DNA from: Planctomycetota bacterium
GTDB lineage: Bacteria > Planctomycetota > Brocadiia > JAADGH01
DNA length: 64,000 bases
Assembly: GCA_040755855.1 (NCBI GenBank)
Contig: JBFMAD010000002.1
Coordinates: 64,001-128,000 of the forward strand
Direction: 5' to 3'
Every line of letters starts with the position of its first letter. The stretch's first letter is position 1. The position numbers and the translations under genes are program-made. This document shows, piece by piece, positions 29,772 through 39,329 of this stretch. A model generated the notes under the pieces. It saw only the letters and a list, made by a program, of their open reading frames with translations, was not told where the DNA came from and did not search any database.

Positions 29772-30527
29772 TTACCTCCCGAACGGACAGATGCGGTCGA
29801 GTCCCAACAGCGCCGCCGCGCCGGAGATCGTGTTGCCGAAGAAGACGAGAGGCTTCCCGGACGCCTCGAATCGTTCCTTGATTTCGTCAATCGTCCCATT
29901 CACAATGCTCGACCCCGTCGCAAGGCCGACCTCGCACCAATCCACGAGACGCGGCAGATCGGTCCCGCCGTCCCACACCCGCACCCCACATTTGAGCGAA
30001 CCGATGTTGTCGGGGTTCAGGTCGAGGACGCGGACAGACTCGGCCCCGAAGCGCTCCACAAGACCACTCAGAATCCCCGGTTGAAGGCCGATCAGGCCGA
30101 GCCTTTTTGGGCCAAAGCGTTCTTCGATCCTCCGGGCCATCTCTCGCCCGCAGCGGATGGGGTCTTCGTCCTTGCAGTGGATCGTGCCGGAGGCGACCTC
30201 GAAGGAACGCAACACCGCGTTCATCGCCGCGACGAACACCGCTCTGTTGCGCGCGTCCCCCAGAACCAGGGAAAGAATGTCATCGAGGGTTCCCGACCAA
30301 TTGGAGGGGGCGTCGGTGAACGCCTGACCGCGCGCACCCGTGAACGTCGCCTCCACCACGCGCTCCTTTCCTTTCTTGATGGCAAGCGTTCCATCAGCCT
30401 TCGCCCCCACAGCGTCTCCAGGCGAAAGCGGACGGACAATGACCCGGAGCGACCGGTCAACGTCCTCTTCCTTTAGAACGCGGGCAAATTCGTTCCTGGC
30501 CTGTTCCAGAATTCCCATGTGGCTCAT
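29772..30527 (-). CDS. DUF364 Rossmann-like domain protein
   Basis: GQAFTD, RAVFVAAMNAV, TIHCKD..C, LDLNPDNIG, ATGSSIVNGT. Confidence 0.7.
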   Translation of the reverse strand: MSHMGILEQARNEFARVLKEEDVDRSLRVIVRPLSPGDAVGAKADGTLAIKKGKERVVEATFTGARGQAFTDAPSNWSGTLDDILSLVLGDARNRAVFVAAMNAVLRSFEVASGTIHCKDEDPIRCGREMARRIEERFGPKRLGLIGLQPGILSGLVERFGAESVRVLDLNPDNIGSLKCGVRVWDGGTDLPRLVDWCEVGLATGSSIVNGTIDEIKERFEASGKPLVFFGNTISGAAALLGLDRICPFGR

Positions 30528-31237
30528 CCGACAGCTTGGGCGGCGTGGAGCCGTCCATCCTCCATCTCATAGGTTCGATCAAAGATATCCAGGGCGCGGT
30601 GGTCGTGCGTCACCACGATGACGCCAGCGTCTTGCTCGTGAGCCACTTGCCCAAATAGTTCCATCACCTGCCGTCCGAGGCGGCTGTCGAGGGCCGCTGT
30701 GGGTTCATCGGCAAGGATGAGGCTCGGCTGATTGGCCAGGGCGCGCGCCACGGCCACGCGCTGCTGCTCCCCGCCCGAGAGCATAAACGGCAGGTTGTGG
30801 ATGCGCTCGGCGAGGCCAAGATAGTCCAGCAGCTCCCGCGCCCGCCGGCGCGCCGCCCGCGGGGGCATGTCGTTGATCTCCAACGCCACCTGCACGTTCT
30901 GCAGCGCCGTCAGGAACGGGATCAGGTTTGTCTTCTGAAAGACGAAGCCCAGGTGCTGCCGGCGAAAGGCTCTCAAATCCACCAATGGTTCCTTTGCTTC
31001 CATGACAGGGATTCCGGAGATCGCAATCCTGCCGGTGGTGGGCGGATTGATGAGGCCGATGACGCTGAGCAGGGTGGACTTGCCCGCCCCGCTCGGCCCA
31101 AGCACCGCCACCACCTCGCCGCGGGCCACAGCGAAGGAGACGTCTTTCATCGCCACGACCTCGGTGTGGCCGCTGCCGTAGATTTTTGTGAGACCGTCCG
31201 CCTCCACGGCGGGAGGCTCGCCGGAAAACGTGTTCAT
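30524..31237 (-). CDS. ABC transporter ATP-binding protein (LolD/MacB-like)
   Basis: [27 protein letters not shown]. Confidence 0.92.
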   Translation of the reverse strand: MNTFSGEPPAVEADGLTKIYGSGHTEVVAMKDVSFAVARGEVVAVLGPSGAGKSTLLSVIGLINPPTTGRIAISGIPVMEAKEPLVDLRAFRRQHLGFVFQKTNLIPFLTALQNVQVALEINDMPPRAARRRARELLDYLGLAERIHNLPFMLSGGEQQRVAVARALANQPSLILADEPTAALDSRLGRQVMELFGQVAHEQDAGVIVVTHDHRALDIFDRTYEMEDGRLHAAQAVG

Positions 31238-32445
31238 CAGGTCACCACAATATTCGGGTCAATCCGCATGGCCTTCCATATGCCCAACAGACTGGCCAGT
31301 ATCGAAATCACGAGGACAATCCCCGCCAGCATCCACGACCAGTCGCTCGTGATGACGACCCGGCGGGGAAAGAGCGGAAACAGCCGGCTCCCCAAGACCT
31401 GCGCCACGCCGTATCCGATCGCGCCGAGCAGAAGGGCCTGCTGGAGAATGAGGCCGACGACGACGGAATTGCGCGCCCCCATGAGCTTGAGCAGCGCGAT
31501 GTCGTGGGTCTTGTCGAGCGTGAGCGTGTAGATGATGAGCGCCATAATGATGGTCGAGACGATCAGCAGGATGGTGCGGAACAGGAAGATCTGCCGCCGC
31601 ATCCGGTCCACGCTGCGCAACAGCAGTTCTCTCTCTTCTTGATGAGTATAGACCGAGACGTCCGGCCATGCGGAAACGGTGCGAACCACTGACTCTACGT
31701 TCGTCCCAGGTGCCAAATCCACAAAAACTGCGCTTACCATCGGCTGGCTGATAGCGGGCAGGCCCGACGCTGGCCCCGCGGCGCGCTCCAGAATCGTCGG
31801 CTGGACCCGCCCGATGTCTTCCCTCGCCGCGCGGGCGCGGCGCGCCTCGCGCTCCATCCGGATGGCCTCGCCCGCCTCGTCGAACTGGACGGCCTGGGCG
31901 TCCGGGACGGTGAAGAACGCCATCCCGTCGCCGGCCATGGACGTCATGCCTTGCGTGAGGCCGACGACCGTGTAGGCGTCCTTGCCCAATTCAATCTTCT
32001 CTCCGAGATTCAGACCGAGCATCCGGTCGGCGATCATCTCATAATGGGCCTGGCCCAATGGACGGCCCGCGACCAACGGCAGCCACTCCCCTTTATCGTT
32101 CGGCCAGACCAGACCTTGCACGGACACCCGCAAAGGCTTGCCGTCGCGCTCGCGTTGGATGGTGTGATAGACGAAACGGCGCGCGCTCGCCACACCGGGC
32201 ACGGCCAGAAGCCGGTTCTCCAGGTTAGCGGGAACTCTTGAGATTTCGGCAAACGGCCCGCGAGTCCCCTGCTGCACCACCCACAAGTCGGACCCAATGC
32301 GATCCACCAGCAACGTCGCCTCGTACACCAGCCCCGCGTAGATGCCGCCCATGCCCAACACCACCATCAACAACAAGCCGATGCCGAAGGCCGTGAGGGC
32401 AAAGCGGCCAAGATTGTGTCGGATGTCATGGACCGCGAGGTTCAT
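31237..32445 (-). CDS. ABC transporter permease (FtsX/MacB family)
   Basis: N-terminal TM, large periplasmic domain, IALLKLMGA, three C-terminal TMs. Confidence 0.88.
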   Translation of the reverse strand: MNLAVHDIRHNLGRFALTAFGIGLLLMVVLGMGGIYAGLVYEATLLVDRIGSDLWVVQQGTRGPFAEISRVPANLENRLLAVPGVASARRFVYHTIQRERDGKPLRVSVQGLVWPNDKGEWLPLVAGRPLGQAHYEMIADRMLGLNLGEKIELGKDAYTVVGLTQGMTSMAGDGMAFFTVPDAQAVQFDEAGEAIRMEREARRARAAREDIGRVQPTILERAAGPASGLPAISQPMVSAVFVDLAPGTNVESVVRTVSAWPDVSVYTHQEERELLLRSVDRMRRQIFLFRTILLIVSTIIMALIIYTLTLDKTHDIALLKLMGARNSVVVGLILQQALLLGAIGYGVAQVLGSRLFPLFPRRVVITSDWSWMLAGIVLVISILASLLGIWKAMRIDPNIVVT

Positions 32446-33650
32446 TGAATGTGTATCCTTCGGCCGTCCATGGGGCTGCGCTCGTCGGCGGCGAGGGGTG
32501 CCACGACTTCCTCACCGGCCTCAAGCCCGCTTGCGACCTCGACTTCTTCACCACCCCGGAGGCCGAGGACGACAGCGCGCCAAACGGCGCGGCCGCCCTC
32601 GTTCACCAGCGCCCCGCTTTTGCCGTTGCGCCAGACCACGTACTTGGACGGCAGCACCAGGGCGTCCGTCTTGCGGGCCGTCTCGATATAGACCTCGGCC
32701 CGCTGGCCGATGGTCCAGTTGCGGGGAAGCTCCCGCGCCAGCACGTCCACGAGAAACTCGCGTGTCTCGCGGTCGGTCTGCCGCCCCAGTCGCGCGACAA
32801 TTCCCGGATATGGCTTGGCGGGTTCGGATCGGAAGACCACGCGCGCCGGCTGATTGACGACCAGTTGCGCCATCGCCGTCTCGTCCACCCATGCTGAGAC
32901 CCAGATCTCCTGGGTGGCAATGACGTCGAGGATCGAGCTCCCCGGCACCACAACGTCGCCCGGGTCGCGGTTGCGCCGCACCACCAGGCCGTCGAAGGGG
33001 CTTAGTATACTGGCGTTGGCCAGAAGCTCCTGCTGATAGGCAAGCTGTTTCTCATCGGTAATCTGCCGGCGGTCCGCCTCCACAATCGCCGCCTGTGTCT
33101 GCGTCAGATCGGCCTCCGCCACACGCAGTTTCTCGATGGATTTGTCGCGATCAGACAGCGACGCCGCCTTGCCGCTCACGAGGGCCGCAACCCGCTCGTC
33201 CTCGAGTTGCGCCTGTTTCAGGATGGCGGCGGCGCGCGCCTCGTCGGCGCGGACGCGCTCCGCCGTGGCGCGGGCGGCCGCCAGGGTCGCCTGCGCCACC
33301 TCGACCTGCTGCCGAAGCTCGCTGTCGTCGAGTCGGGCCAAGAGTTGACCAGACGCGATCTTGTCATTCTGATCCACCAGCACATCGACCAGCCTGCCCT
33401 GGATTTCCGGGCTGATGCTCGCCTTGAAGTGGGCCTCAAGGGTCCCCGTCCCCATGACTTCCGCCGCGATGTCGCCGCGCGCCACCTGGTGCGCCGTCAC
33501 GGGGATCGGCGCGAACTTCGTACGGTACAGCGCGAACCCTATCGCCGCGGCAAGCAGAGCCAGGATCAAGGCGCGCCGCAGCATCCGGCGCAGTACCCTG
33601 AAGGTCGCCCCCCGCGCACGCGCATTCGACTCACTCTTCATTTGGTTCAT
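32442..33650 (-). CDS. Efflux membrane fusion protein (HlyD/MacA-like)
   Basis: N-terminal TM, GTGTL, lipoyl-like VDQND..GQLLARLD, coiled coil, SPFDG, GQRAEV. Confidence 0.88.
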   Translation of the reverse strand: MNQMKSESNARARGATFRVLRRMLRRALILALLAAAIGFALYRTKFAPIPVTAHQVARGDIAAEVMGTGTLEAHFKASISPEIQGRLVDVLVDQNDKIASGQLLARLDDSELRQQVEVAQATLAAARATAERVRADEARAAAILKQAQLEDERVAALVSGKAASLSDRDKSIEKLRVAEADLTQTQAAIVEADRRQITDEKQLAYQQELLANASILSPFDGLVVRRNRDPGDVVVPGSSILDVIATQEIWVSAWVDETAMAQLVVNQPARVVFRSEPAKPYPGIVARLGRQTDRETREFLVDVLARELPRNWTIGQRAEVYIETARKTDALVLPSKYVVWRNGKSGALVNEGGRAVWRAVVLGLRGGEEVEVASGLEAGEEVVAPLAADERSPMDGRRIHIQ

Positions 33651-33674
33651 ATTCCAAAGCACCCATTAGCCGGT

Positions 33675-34295
33675 TTATTTCACGCTTCTGATGACAACAA
33701 AAGGGCCCTTCCCAAAGCCATCCAGAATGGTTTCTTGCGTTTCTCCGAAGATAAGGGCTTGCTTGATTTTCACAGTATGAAAACCTGCTTCTTTGAGGTA
33801 GTTCTGCACTTCTTCTGTGGAGAAGAAGGTGGCCTCTTTGTAGAATCTGCTTCTATGGCGTTTATCAAGATACTGTCTGCCCAGTTCACTTTCTTTATCC
33901 ACAAGTCCTACAATGATGCACCCGCCAGGTTTCAATATCCTGAGCACTTCCCTGAAAGACCTGATAATATCGTCCACAAAACAGATGGTCGTTACCATCA
34001 GCACGAAGTCAAACTCGCCATCGCAGAAAGGCAGGTTCTCCGCCACGCCGCGGCAAACGTTGATTCCCCGCCTTTTCGCTTTGATGGCCATCTTTTCTGC
34101 GGGATCCACACCAATCCTTATTCCCAGCGGTGCAGCGAATCTGCCGGAACCTACACCGACTTCCACCCCCTTGACTTCGGGCAAAGGGATAAGCCGGCGG
34201 ATGGCCTCAAGTTCCCCATCGTAGATGTCATGGTTCCTCTCGAACCACTCATCATACGCATTGCTGTATTCTTCGAAGGGTTTTGTTTTTGGCAT
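33675..34295 (-). CDS. Class I SAM-dependent methyltransferase
   Basis: YDEWF, EVGVGSGRF, AENLPF, RILKPGG; locally low GC. Confidence 0.85.
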   Translation of the reverse strand: MPKTKPFEEYSNAYDEWFERNHDIYDGELEAIRRLIPLPEVKGVEVGVGSGRFAAPLGIRIGVDPAEKMAIKAKRRGINVCRGVAENLPFCDGEFDFVLMVTTICFVDDIIRSFREVLRILKPGGCIIVGLVDKESELGRQYLDKRHRSRFYKEATFFSTEEVQNYLKEAGFHTVKIKQALIFGETQETILDGFGKGPFVVIRSVK

Positions 34296-34416
34296 ACAAA
34301 CTCGCGGCCATTCGGCCTGCATTCTGCGGGACAGTGCAACCTGGATTGTGGGTTCGCGAAATAGGCAGTCTTTCTCCGCCTCCCTACTTGGTGTTTTACT
34401 TGGCTCAATTGTTACG

Positions 34417-34554
34417 CTACTTCTTGCTCGCCGGCTTCACGCACGGATGTTGTTTGACATCGCCGTGACATCTCTTGATCTGCTGAGGTGAGCACTCCTC
34501 TGGCTTGCCCTTCAACTGTTCCGGCTTGCAGCATCCCTTCTTTCCCGTGCACAT
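34417..34554 (-). CDS. Small Cys/His-rich peptide (45 aa), possible metal-binding protein; absent from ORF track
   Basis: Manual translation MCTGKKGCCKPEQLKGKPEECSPQQIKRCHGDVKQHPCVKPASKK; AGGAAGGAG RBS; starts 3 bp after ArsR stop. Confidence 0.65.
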   Translation of the reverse strand: MCTGKKGCCKPEQLKGKPEECSPQQIKRCHGDVKQHPCVKPASKK

Positions 34555-34557
34555 GAC

Positions 34558-34878
34558 TCATCTCCTTCCTTTTCGCTTCCAGGGACAAGAACGCTTTTTC
34601 TTTCGTGTCCCAAGAAACTTTCCAATATGTTTCTGCCATTTGTCGAGCGTCTTCTCGTTGATCCGGTAATGGACGTAGTATCCTTGTTTTTCCGGCGCGA
34701 CCAGGTCGGCGTCGCGGAGGATGCGGAGGTGCTGCGACACGGCGCCCTGCGTCACGTCAAGCATCGCCGACAGCGCGCCGACACAGAGGGTCCGATCTCT
34801 CAATAGCTCGATGATCCGGAGGCGGGTGTCCACCGAGAGCGCCCCGAAAATGCGAGTCAGCTTTTGAATGTCGGTCAT
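34558..34878 (-). CDS. ArsR/SmtB family transcriptional regulator
   Basis: FGALSVDTRLRI, LCVGAL, AVSQHLRILR, GYYVHY wHTH. Confidence 0.9.
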   Translation of the reverse strand: MTDIQKLTRIFGALSVDTRLRIIELLRDRTLCVGALSAMLDVTQGAVSQHLRILRDADLVAPEKQGYYVHYRINEKTLDKWQKHIGKFLGTRKKKRSCPWKRKGRR

Positions 34879-34893
34879 TCCGTCAGCTTTGAT

Positions 34894-34937
34894 TTAGTAT
34901 ATACTAATATACTAATATAATGTCCGCGCGCAGTCAA
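34894..34937 (-). promoter_or_regulatory. ArsR operon promoter with palindromic operator
   Basis: Minus strand TTGACT-17 bp-TAGTAT; perfect palindrome TTAGTATATACTAA at 34894-34907 and direct repeat of ATACTAAT. Confidence 0.6.
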
Positions 34938-34996
34938 ATGAAAAAATTGAAATTCCGGTCATGCCTCAGAAGGCGCGAAAAATCAAATGGGCTGGG

Positions 34997-36088
34997 TCAG
35001 GGCTCGTAGAACGGCCCGGTGAGAATCTGGGAGGGCAAGGAGAAAACCGTCCAGCGTTCCCTTGGCACGCCGTTGAAGGCCGCCCGAAATCGCTCGGCGT
35101 CCGGGGCCTCGCCCGTCACGTTACGGATCAGGATATGAAAGAGCTGGCGCGGATGCCTGCGCGCCAGGGCCCCGTATATCTCCGGGTCTTTCTCGCCGGA
35201 GTCGCCGACGAAGATGAACCGCCGCGCCGGGAAGGCGGCCAGGATCGGCTCGATGGCGGTGCGCTTCGCCTCCTCGGGTGAGTCGAAGAGGCTGAGGAAG
35301 CTGCTGACGCGCCAGTTGAATTCCTTCAGGTGGAAGGCGCCCGGCGGATATCCGCTTTTGCGAATAAATTCGGCAAAGATTTTATACAGTTGCCACGGAC
35401 TCGCCGACACGTAGTGGAACACTGCCCCGTCCTTCGTCCACCGACCGTAGACCTCCGCCATGCCAGGCACGGCTGCGAACTCCTTGAGGAAGGTGTTCCG
35501 CAGCAGCGCCTTCCGGTCGAGGACCTCGCTGATCTTGATCGTATCGTCAATGTCGGAGATGACGGAGATGCCCGTGTCGTCGGTCCATTGAACGTGGCCG
35601 GTGAAGGCCCGTCTATCCCCTTCCGACATCACCGCATGGAAGGGCAGCCAGCCTTGCGTGTCGCCCCGCGATTCCAGCAAGTTCAGAACATCCTTTTCCG
35701 GTACGCGCACCTCGCCCGTGAAGTGGCCGTTCGGCTCGGACTCGCCGAGCTTGTATTCCTTCCCCGCCAGGCGGATGGTCACATGCTTTCCGCGCTCGCT
35801 ATCCACCAGGAACAGTCGAGCGCGTTCCTTGAAGATCGCCGTCTCTTCCACCTCGCGGTTGAGCCCCAGCGCCTTGCGGAGCGCGCCGAGGGCCGCGGCG
35901 CGAGTGGGCGAGTCCTTCTCCGGCTCGAAGATGCAACCGTGAATGCGAAGTACGCAGGCATCGCCCACCGCCCGACAGCCATACGTCGGATAGAAGACGA
36001 CCTCCTCATCGGCCTTGATCTGGGCTTGCGATTCACCTGTCAGAAGAATAGCCGACAAGAGGAGGCATGTGCCGACGGTCTTGCTCAT
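34997..36088 (-). CDS. App1-family phosphatidate phosphatase (DUF2183, HAD fold), with signal peptide
   Basis: ISDIDDTIK (DxDxT), YVSASPWQLY, GDSGEKDPEIY; start ATG 36088. Confidence 0.8.
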   Translation of the reverse strand: MSKTVGTCLLLSAILLTGESQAQIKADEEVVFYPTYGCRAVGDACVLRIHGCIFEPEKDSPTRAAALGALRKALGLNREVEETAIFKERARLFLVDSERGKHVTIRLAGKEYKLGESEPNGHFTGEVRVPEKDVLNLLESRGDTQGWLPFHAVMSEGDRRAFTGHVQWTDDTGISVISDIDDTIKISEVLDRKALLRNTFLKEFAAVPGMAEVYGRWTKDGAVFHYVSASPWQLYKIFAEFIRKSGYPPGAFHLKEFNWRVSSFLSLFDSPEEAKRTAIEPILAAFPARRFIFVGDSGEKDPEIYGALARRHPRQLFHILIRNVTGEAPDAERFRAAFNGVPRERWTVFSLPSQILTGPFYEP

Positions 36089-36549
36089 GCCAGGAACTTT
36101 TCGATTCCCGCTTTCAGCGTCGCCGTTCGCTCGGCCACGCGGTCCGGTGGGTTCTCGCGGTAGATCTCCATCAGGTCCTCGCAGCGGTCCTTCAGCCGCT
36201 CGCAGAAGGCCCGCGCCGTCAGGCGGTCGCCCTGTTTCAGACCCAGCCGCTTGCACCAGCGCTTATCAATCAGCAGGTTATACTCCCGCTTCGAGGATGG
36301 CGCGCCGGGCCGGAAAGATGTGTCAATGGTGTCATCGCAAAGGCCGCCGATATTGTGCTTACATGGCGCGCATATGTCGTCGGCGCCCAGTTCCATCTCC
36401 AGCATCACGTCGCGCTCGGCCAGCACCTTCGCCGATACCGTGTGCACGGCATGGCCGTAGGGGTGCGGCTTGAACGTCTCCTGCCCGCGACCAAATGATG
36501 TCACAATGTCAATGAAATGGTGCGGCTTCGTCCGGATCACATCGCCCAT
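36085..36549 (-). CDS. DUF1284-like His/Cys metal-binding protein
   Basis: KPHH, DDICAPC, additional Cys; ATGA coupling to next gene. Confidence 0.6.
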   Translation of the reverse strand: MGDVIRTKPHHFIDIVTSFGRGQETFKPHPYGHAVHTVSAKVLAERDVMLEMELGADDICAPCKHNIGGLCDDTIDTSFRPGAPSSKREYNLLIDKRWCKRLGLKQGDRLTARAFCERLKDRCEDLMEIYRENPPDRVAERTATLKAGIEKFLA

Positions 36550-36564
36550 CCCTCTTCCTCCCAT

Positions 36565-38043
36565 TCAAATGAGAATTGAATACAGCGCTCCGTCGCTGAT
36601 CTCCAGGCGCAGGGACACGGCGTCGTAGCGGTACGGCGCGGTCGTCTTGCCTTCCTGCCATCGCAGGACGTGCTGCCGCGAGTCGCCCGTGGCCGGGATC
36701 GAATTGTGCAGCTCATGCCCCGCCAGCGGTATGCCGTACGGATCGCGCAGCTCGGCCTTGAGCCACCCGTTGATGTCCGCGTCAACGCAGACCTCCGCCC
36801 GGGCGGGGATAAAGGGCTTCAGCGTCAGGCTGCCGATCGTGTTGGCCGAGGTAGCCAGGCCGGCGAACCGGCCCGTCGGCCATGAGGCGGCCATCACCCC
36901 GCGCCATGCCTTCTCCACGCCCGGCGGAAGCTGGCGATTATGCTTCTCGTTTCCCGCGGTGTAGAGCATGATCTGCTCGTCGCCGACCTCGATGACATCG
37001 CTCGTCGCATAGGCCGACATGCACCCCTTTTCCGGGAGGGGATCGCGGGGGATCCATCCGCCGCGCAGGGGACGGAGCCAGCGGCGGCTGTCGCGACTGA
37101 AGCACAGCTCCACGTCCATCGTCTGGTCCCAACATCGGTAGTGGCCGAGGAAGCCGATGCGCCACTCCGGCCCGCGATGGACGGAGAGGTAGTAGAATTC
37201 CATGTCGAGCGGGTCGTGCTCGTCGGGTGTGATGAGGAGCTCCGGCGCGCTCCACTGCATGCCGTCTTCGCTCGTGCGCCGGTGTATCGTGCGGATTACC
37301 TGCGGCGCGTTGTCGTGGGGCGTGTAGCGGTGCGTCTCGGGCCAGGTCGGCATGAGCCAGACGGAATACATCTCGAAGACATTCTCGACGTCGTTGTAAT
37401 AGACATATGTGGCGTCGTTGCTGCGGAGGCGCTTGGCCTCGATCCACTCGACCGTCCGCTTGTCCTGGAACTTGCTGTTGGGGTTGGCCGCCGTCAGCCC
37501 CGCCGCCCAGCCGGCCTGGCCGACCTCGAGGTCGGCGGGGTGATAGATGGCGGGGCGGTTGAGGTCGGTCAGCTTCCACCGAATGCCATCCTTGCTCTCG
37601 GAGATGATGTAGCGCATGTAGCCCTGGTCGTGGCCATGGATCCAGCAGTACATGAGCCATTTGCCCTCCGGGGTCCGCGCCACGGCGGGCTGGATGATAT
37701 TCGCGTTTTCGTAAAGCCCTTCGACCCGGATGTGGTTCGTGTCGCGCCCCTCCCATTGCATCTGCCCCAGCATCGGTCGCTGCCAGGACAGACCGTCGGA
37801 GGATTCGGCGACGGCGATGCGCATGGTGCGCCGGTCTTGCTGGCGGGTGGAGTAATACATGCGGAAGCGGCCGTCGTCGAGCGTCATGACGGTTCCTGCG
37901 AAGCTCATCACGCTGTCGAGATCGGGCGGCCCCTCCGCGTCGAAGACGACGCCGCGCTTCTTCACGGGCACACTGTGGAGATGGAGTCCGTCTCGACAGA
38001 GCGCATCCTGATCGTCGTAGAAGAAGATTCGGCTCTTGTCCAT
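36565..38043 (-). CDS. Five-bladed beta-propeller glycosidase-like protein (GH32/43/130-like)
   Basis: FRMYY, AESSDGLSW, SKDGIRW, SEDGMQW, SRDSRRW repeats; start ATG 38043 (or 38064). Confidence 0.6.
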   Translation of the reverse strand: MDKSRIFFYDDQDALCRDGLHLHSVPVKKRGVVFDAEGPPDLDSVMSFAGTVMTLDDGRFRMYYSTRQQDRRTMRIAVAESSDGLSWQRPMLGQMQWEGRDTNHIRVEGLYENANIIQPAVARTPEGKWLMYCWIHGHDQGYMRYIISESKDGIRWKLTDLNRPAIYHPADLEVGQAGWAAGLTAANPNSKFQDKRTVEWIEAKRLRSNDATYVYYNDVENVFEMYSVWLMPTWPETHRYTPHDNAPQVIRTIHRRTSEDGMQWSAPELLITPDEHDPLDMEFYYLSVHRGPEWRIGFLGHYRCWDQTMDVELCFSRDSRRWLRPLRGGWIPRDPLPEKGCMSAYATSDVIEVGDEQIMLYTAGNEKHNRQLPPGVEKAWRGVMAASWPTGRFAGLATSANTIGSLTLKPFIPARAEVCVDADINGWLKAELRDPYGIPLAGHELHNSIPATGDSRQHVLRWQEGKTTAPYRYDAVSLRLEISDGALYSILI

Positions 38044-38056
38044 TCTTGATTCCTCT

Positions 38057-39154
38057 CTATTCATCCCCGAAGCACGTCCCCACGGCGCGCGCCGCCTTGA
38101 TGACAGGATGATTCCGGGGGACCAGTTTCTGCTTCGCGACGGCCTTCTCGATCGGGACCGACGTGATCTTGAACTTCTTGAGGCAGACCATCCGGCGGAA
38201 CCGGCCGGTCGCCACGAGCCGGGCCGCCTCCGTGCCGAAGCGAGTGGCCAGCACCCGGTCGAAGGCCGTGGGGGTTCCCCCGCGCTGCAGGTGGCCGAGG
38301 ACCACGGCGCGGCTCTCGATGCCGGACATCTTCTCGATCTGGTCCGCCACCATCTTCCCGATGCCGCCCAGGCGGATGGGGTCGTGGCTCGTCTCGACCG
38401 TGCGCCCGACAACCTGCTTGCCGCCCTTGGGCTTCGCCCCCTCCGAGACGGCCACGATGGTGAACCGCTTCCCCACCCGACTGCGCCGCGTGCAGCACTC
38501 CACCACGCAGTGGATGTCATAGGGGATCTCCGGGATGAGGATCACGTCCGCGCCCCCGGCCACACCGGAATAGAGGGTCAGCCAGCCGGCGTTGCGACCC
38601 ATCAGCTCGATCACCATCACGCGATGATGCGACTGGGCGGTGGTGTGCAGGCGGTCTATGCCGTCGGTCGCGATCTGCGCCGCCGAGTCGAAGCCGAAGG
38701 TGAGGTCCGTCTCGCAGAGGTCGTTGTCAATTGTCTTGGGCACGCCGACGACGTTCACCCCGCGCTTGCCCAGCTCGTTGGCAATGGACAACGTCCCGTC
38801 GCCGCCGATGCAGACGAGGGCGTCGAGGCCGAGCCTCTTGATGTTTTTTAGGACGCGGTCCGAGCGATCCACCTTCACCAGCTTGTCGCCGCGCCTCTCG
38901 ATATTCGCAAAGGGGTTGGCCCGGTTGGACGTGCCGAGGATCGTGCCGCCGAGGGTGAGAATCCCGGAGACATCCATGGGGTGCAGCAGGTGGGCGTGCA
39001 GATCAATGAGGCCCTCGTATCCGTCGCAGATGCCGACGACCTCCATGCCGTGCTCGTTCATCGCGGCCTTCGCCACGCCGCGCAGGGCGGCGTTCAGGCC
39101 CGGGCAGTCCCCTCCGCCGGTGAGGACGCCGATTCGTTGCTTCTTCTTTGCCAT
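38057..39154 (-). CDS. pfkA: 6-phosphofructokinase (PfkA family)
   Basis: LTGGGDCPGLN, GGTILGTS, GGDGT, PKTIDND, MGRNAG, LGHLQRGG..DR. Confidence 0.93.
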   Translation of the reverse strand: MAKKKQRIGVLTGGGDCPGLNAALRGVAKAAMNEHGMEVVGICDGYEGLIDLHAHLLHPMDVSGILTLGGTILGTSNRANPFANIERRGDKLVKVDRSDRVLKNIKRLGLDALVCIGGDGTLSIANELGKRGVNVVGVPKTIDNDLCETDLTFGFDSAAQIATDGIDRLHTTAQSHHRVMVIELMGRNAGWLTLYSGVAGGADVILIPEIPYDIHCVVECCTRRSRVGKRFTIVAVSEGAKPKGGKQVVGRTVETSHDPIRLGGIGKMVADQIEKMSGIESRAVVLGHLQRGGTPTAFDRVLATRFGTEAARLVATGRFRRMVCLKKFKITSVPIEKAVAKQKLVPRNHPVIKAARAVGTCFGDE

Positions 39155-39329
39155 AGCTTCACTTTCCTTCCAAATGAGTGATATGAGTTCAAGCCGAATT
39201 TTAAATGAATGTCGGTGCGAAATCAAGGCGTGGTTTTTTGGGCCGGGATGGCGTAAGCGGCAAGATGACGATTACGATGGCGAACAGGGTGTAGCGCGGG
39301 CTGCTTGCAGGCCATAACGACGCCCTGCC

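Noticed and set aside
33675..34295. Arsenite methyltransferase arsM
   Set aside because: Too short and lacks the recognisable ArsM Cys arrangement; left as a generic class I methyltransferase.
34412..34639. 75-aa ORF from the track
   Set aside because: Overlaps ArsR by about 80 bp and has no recognisable features; the 45-aa Cys-rich ORF in another frame has a better RBS and position.
38064..38520. N-terminal extension of the 651-aa ORF (likewise 9630-10028, 20623-20913, 36089-36256, 62365-62541)
   Set aside because: The extensions overlap neighbouring real genes and are Arg/Pro/Ser-rich junk; downstream ATG starts fit better.
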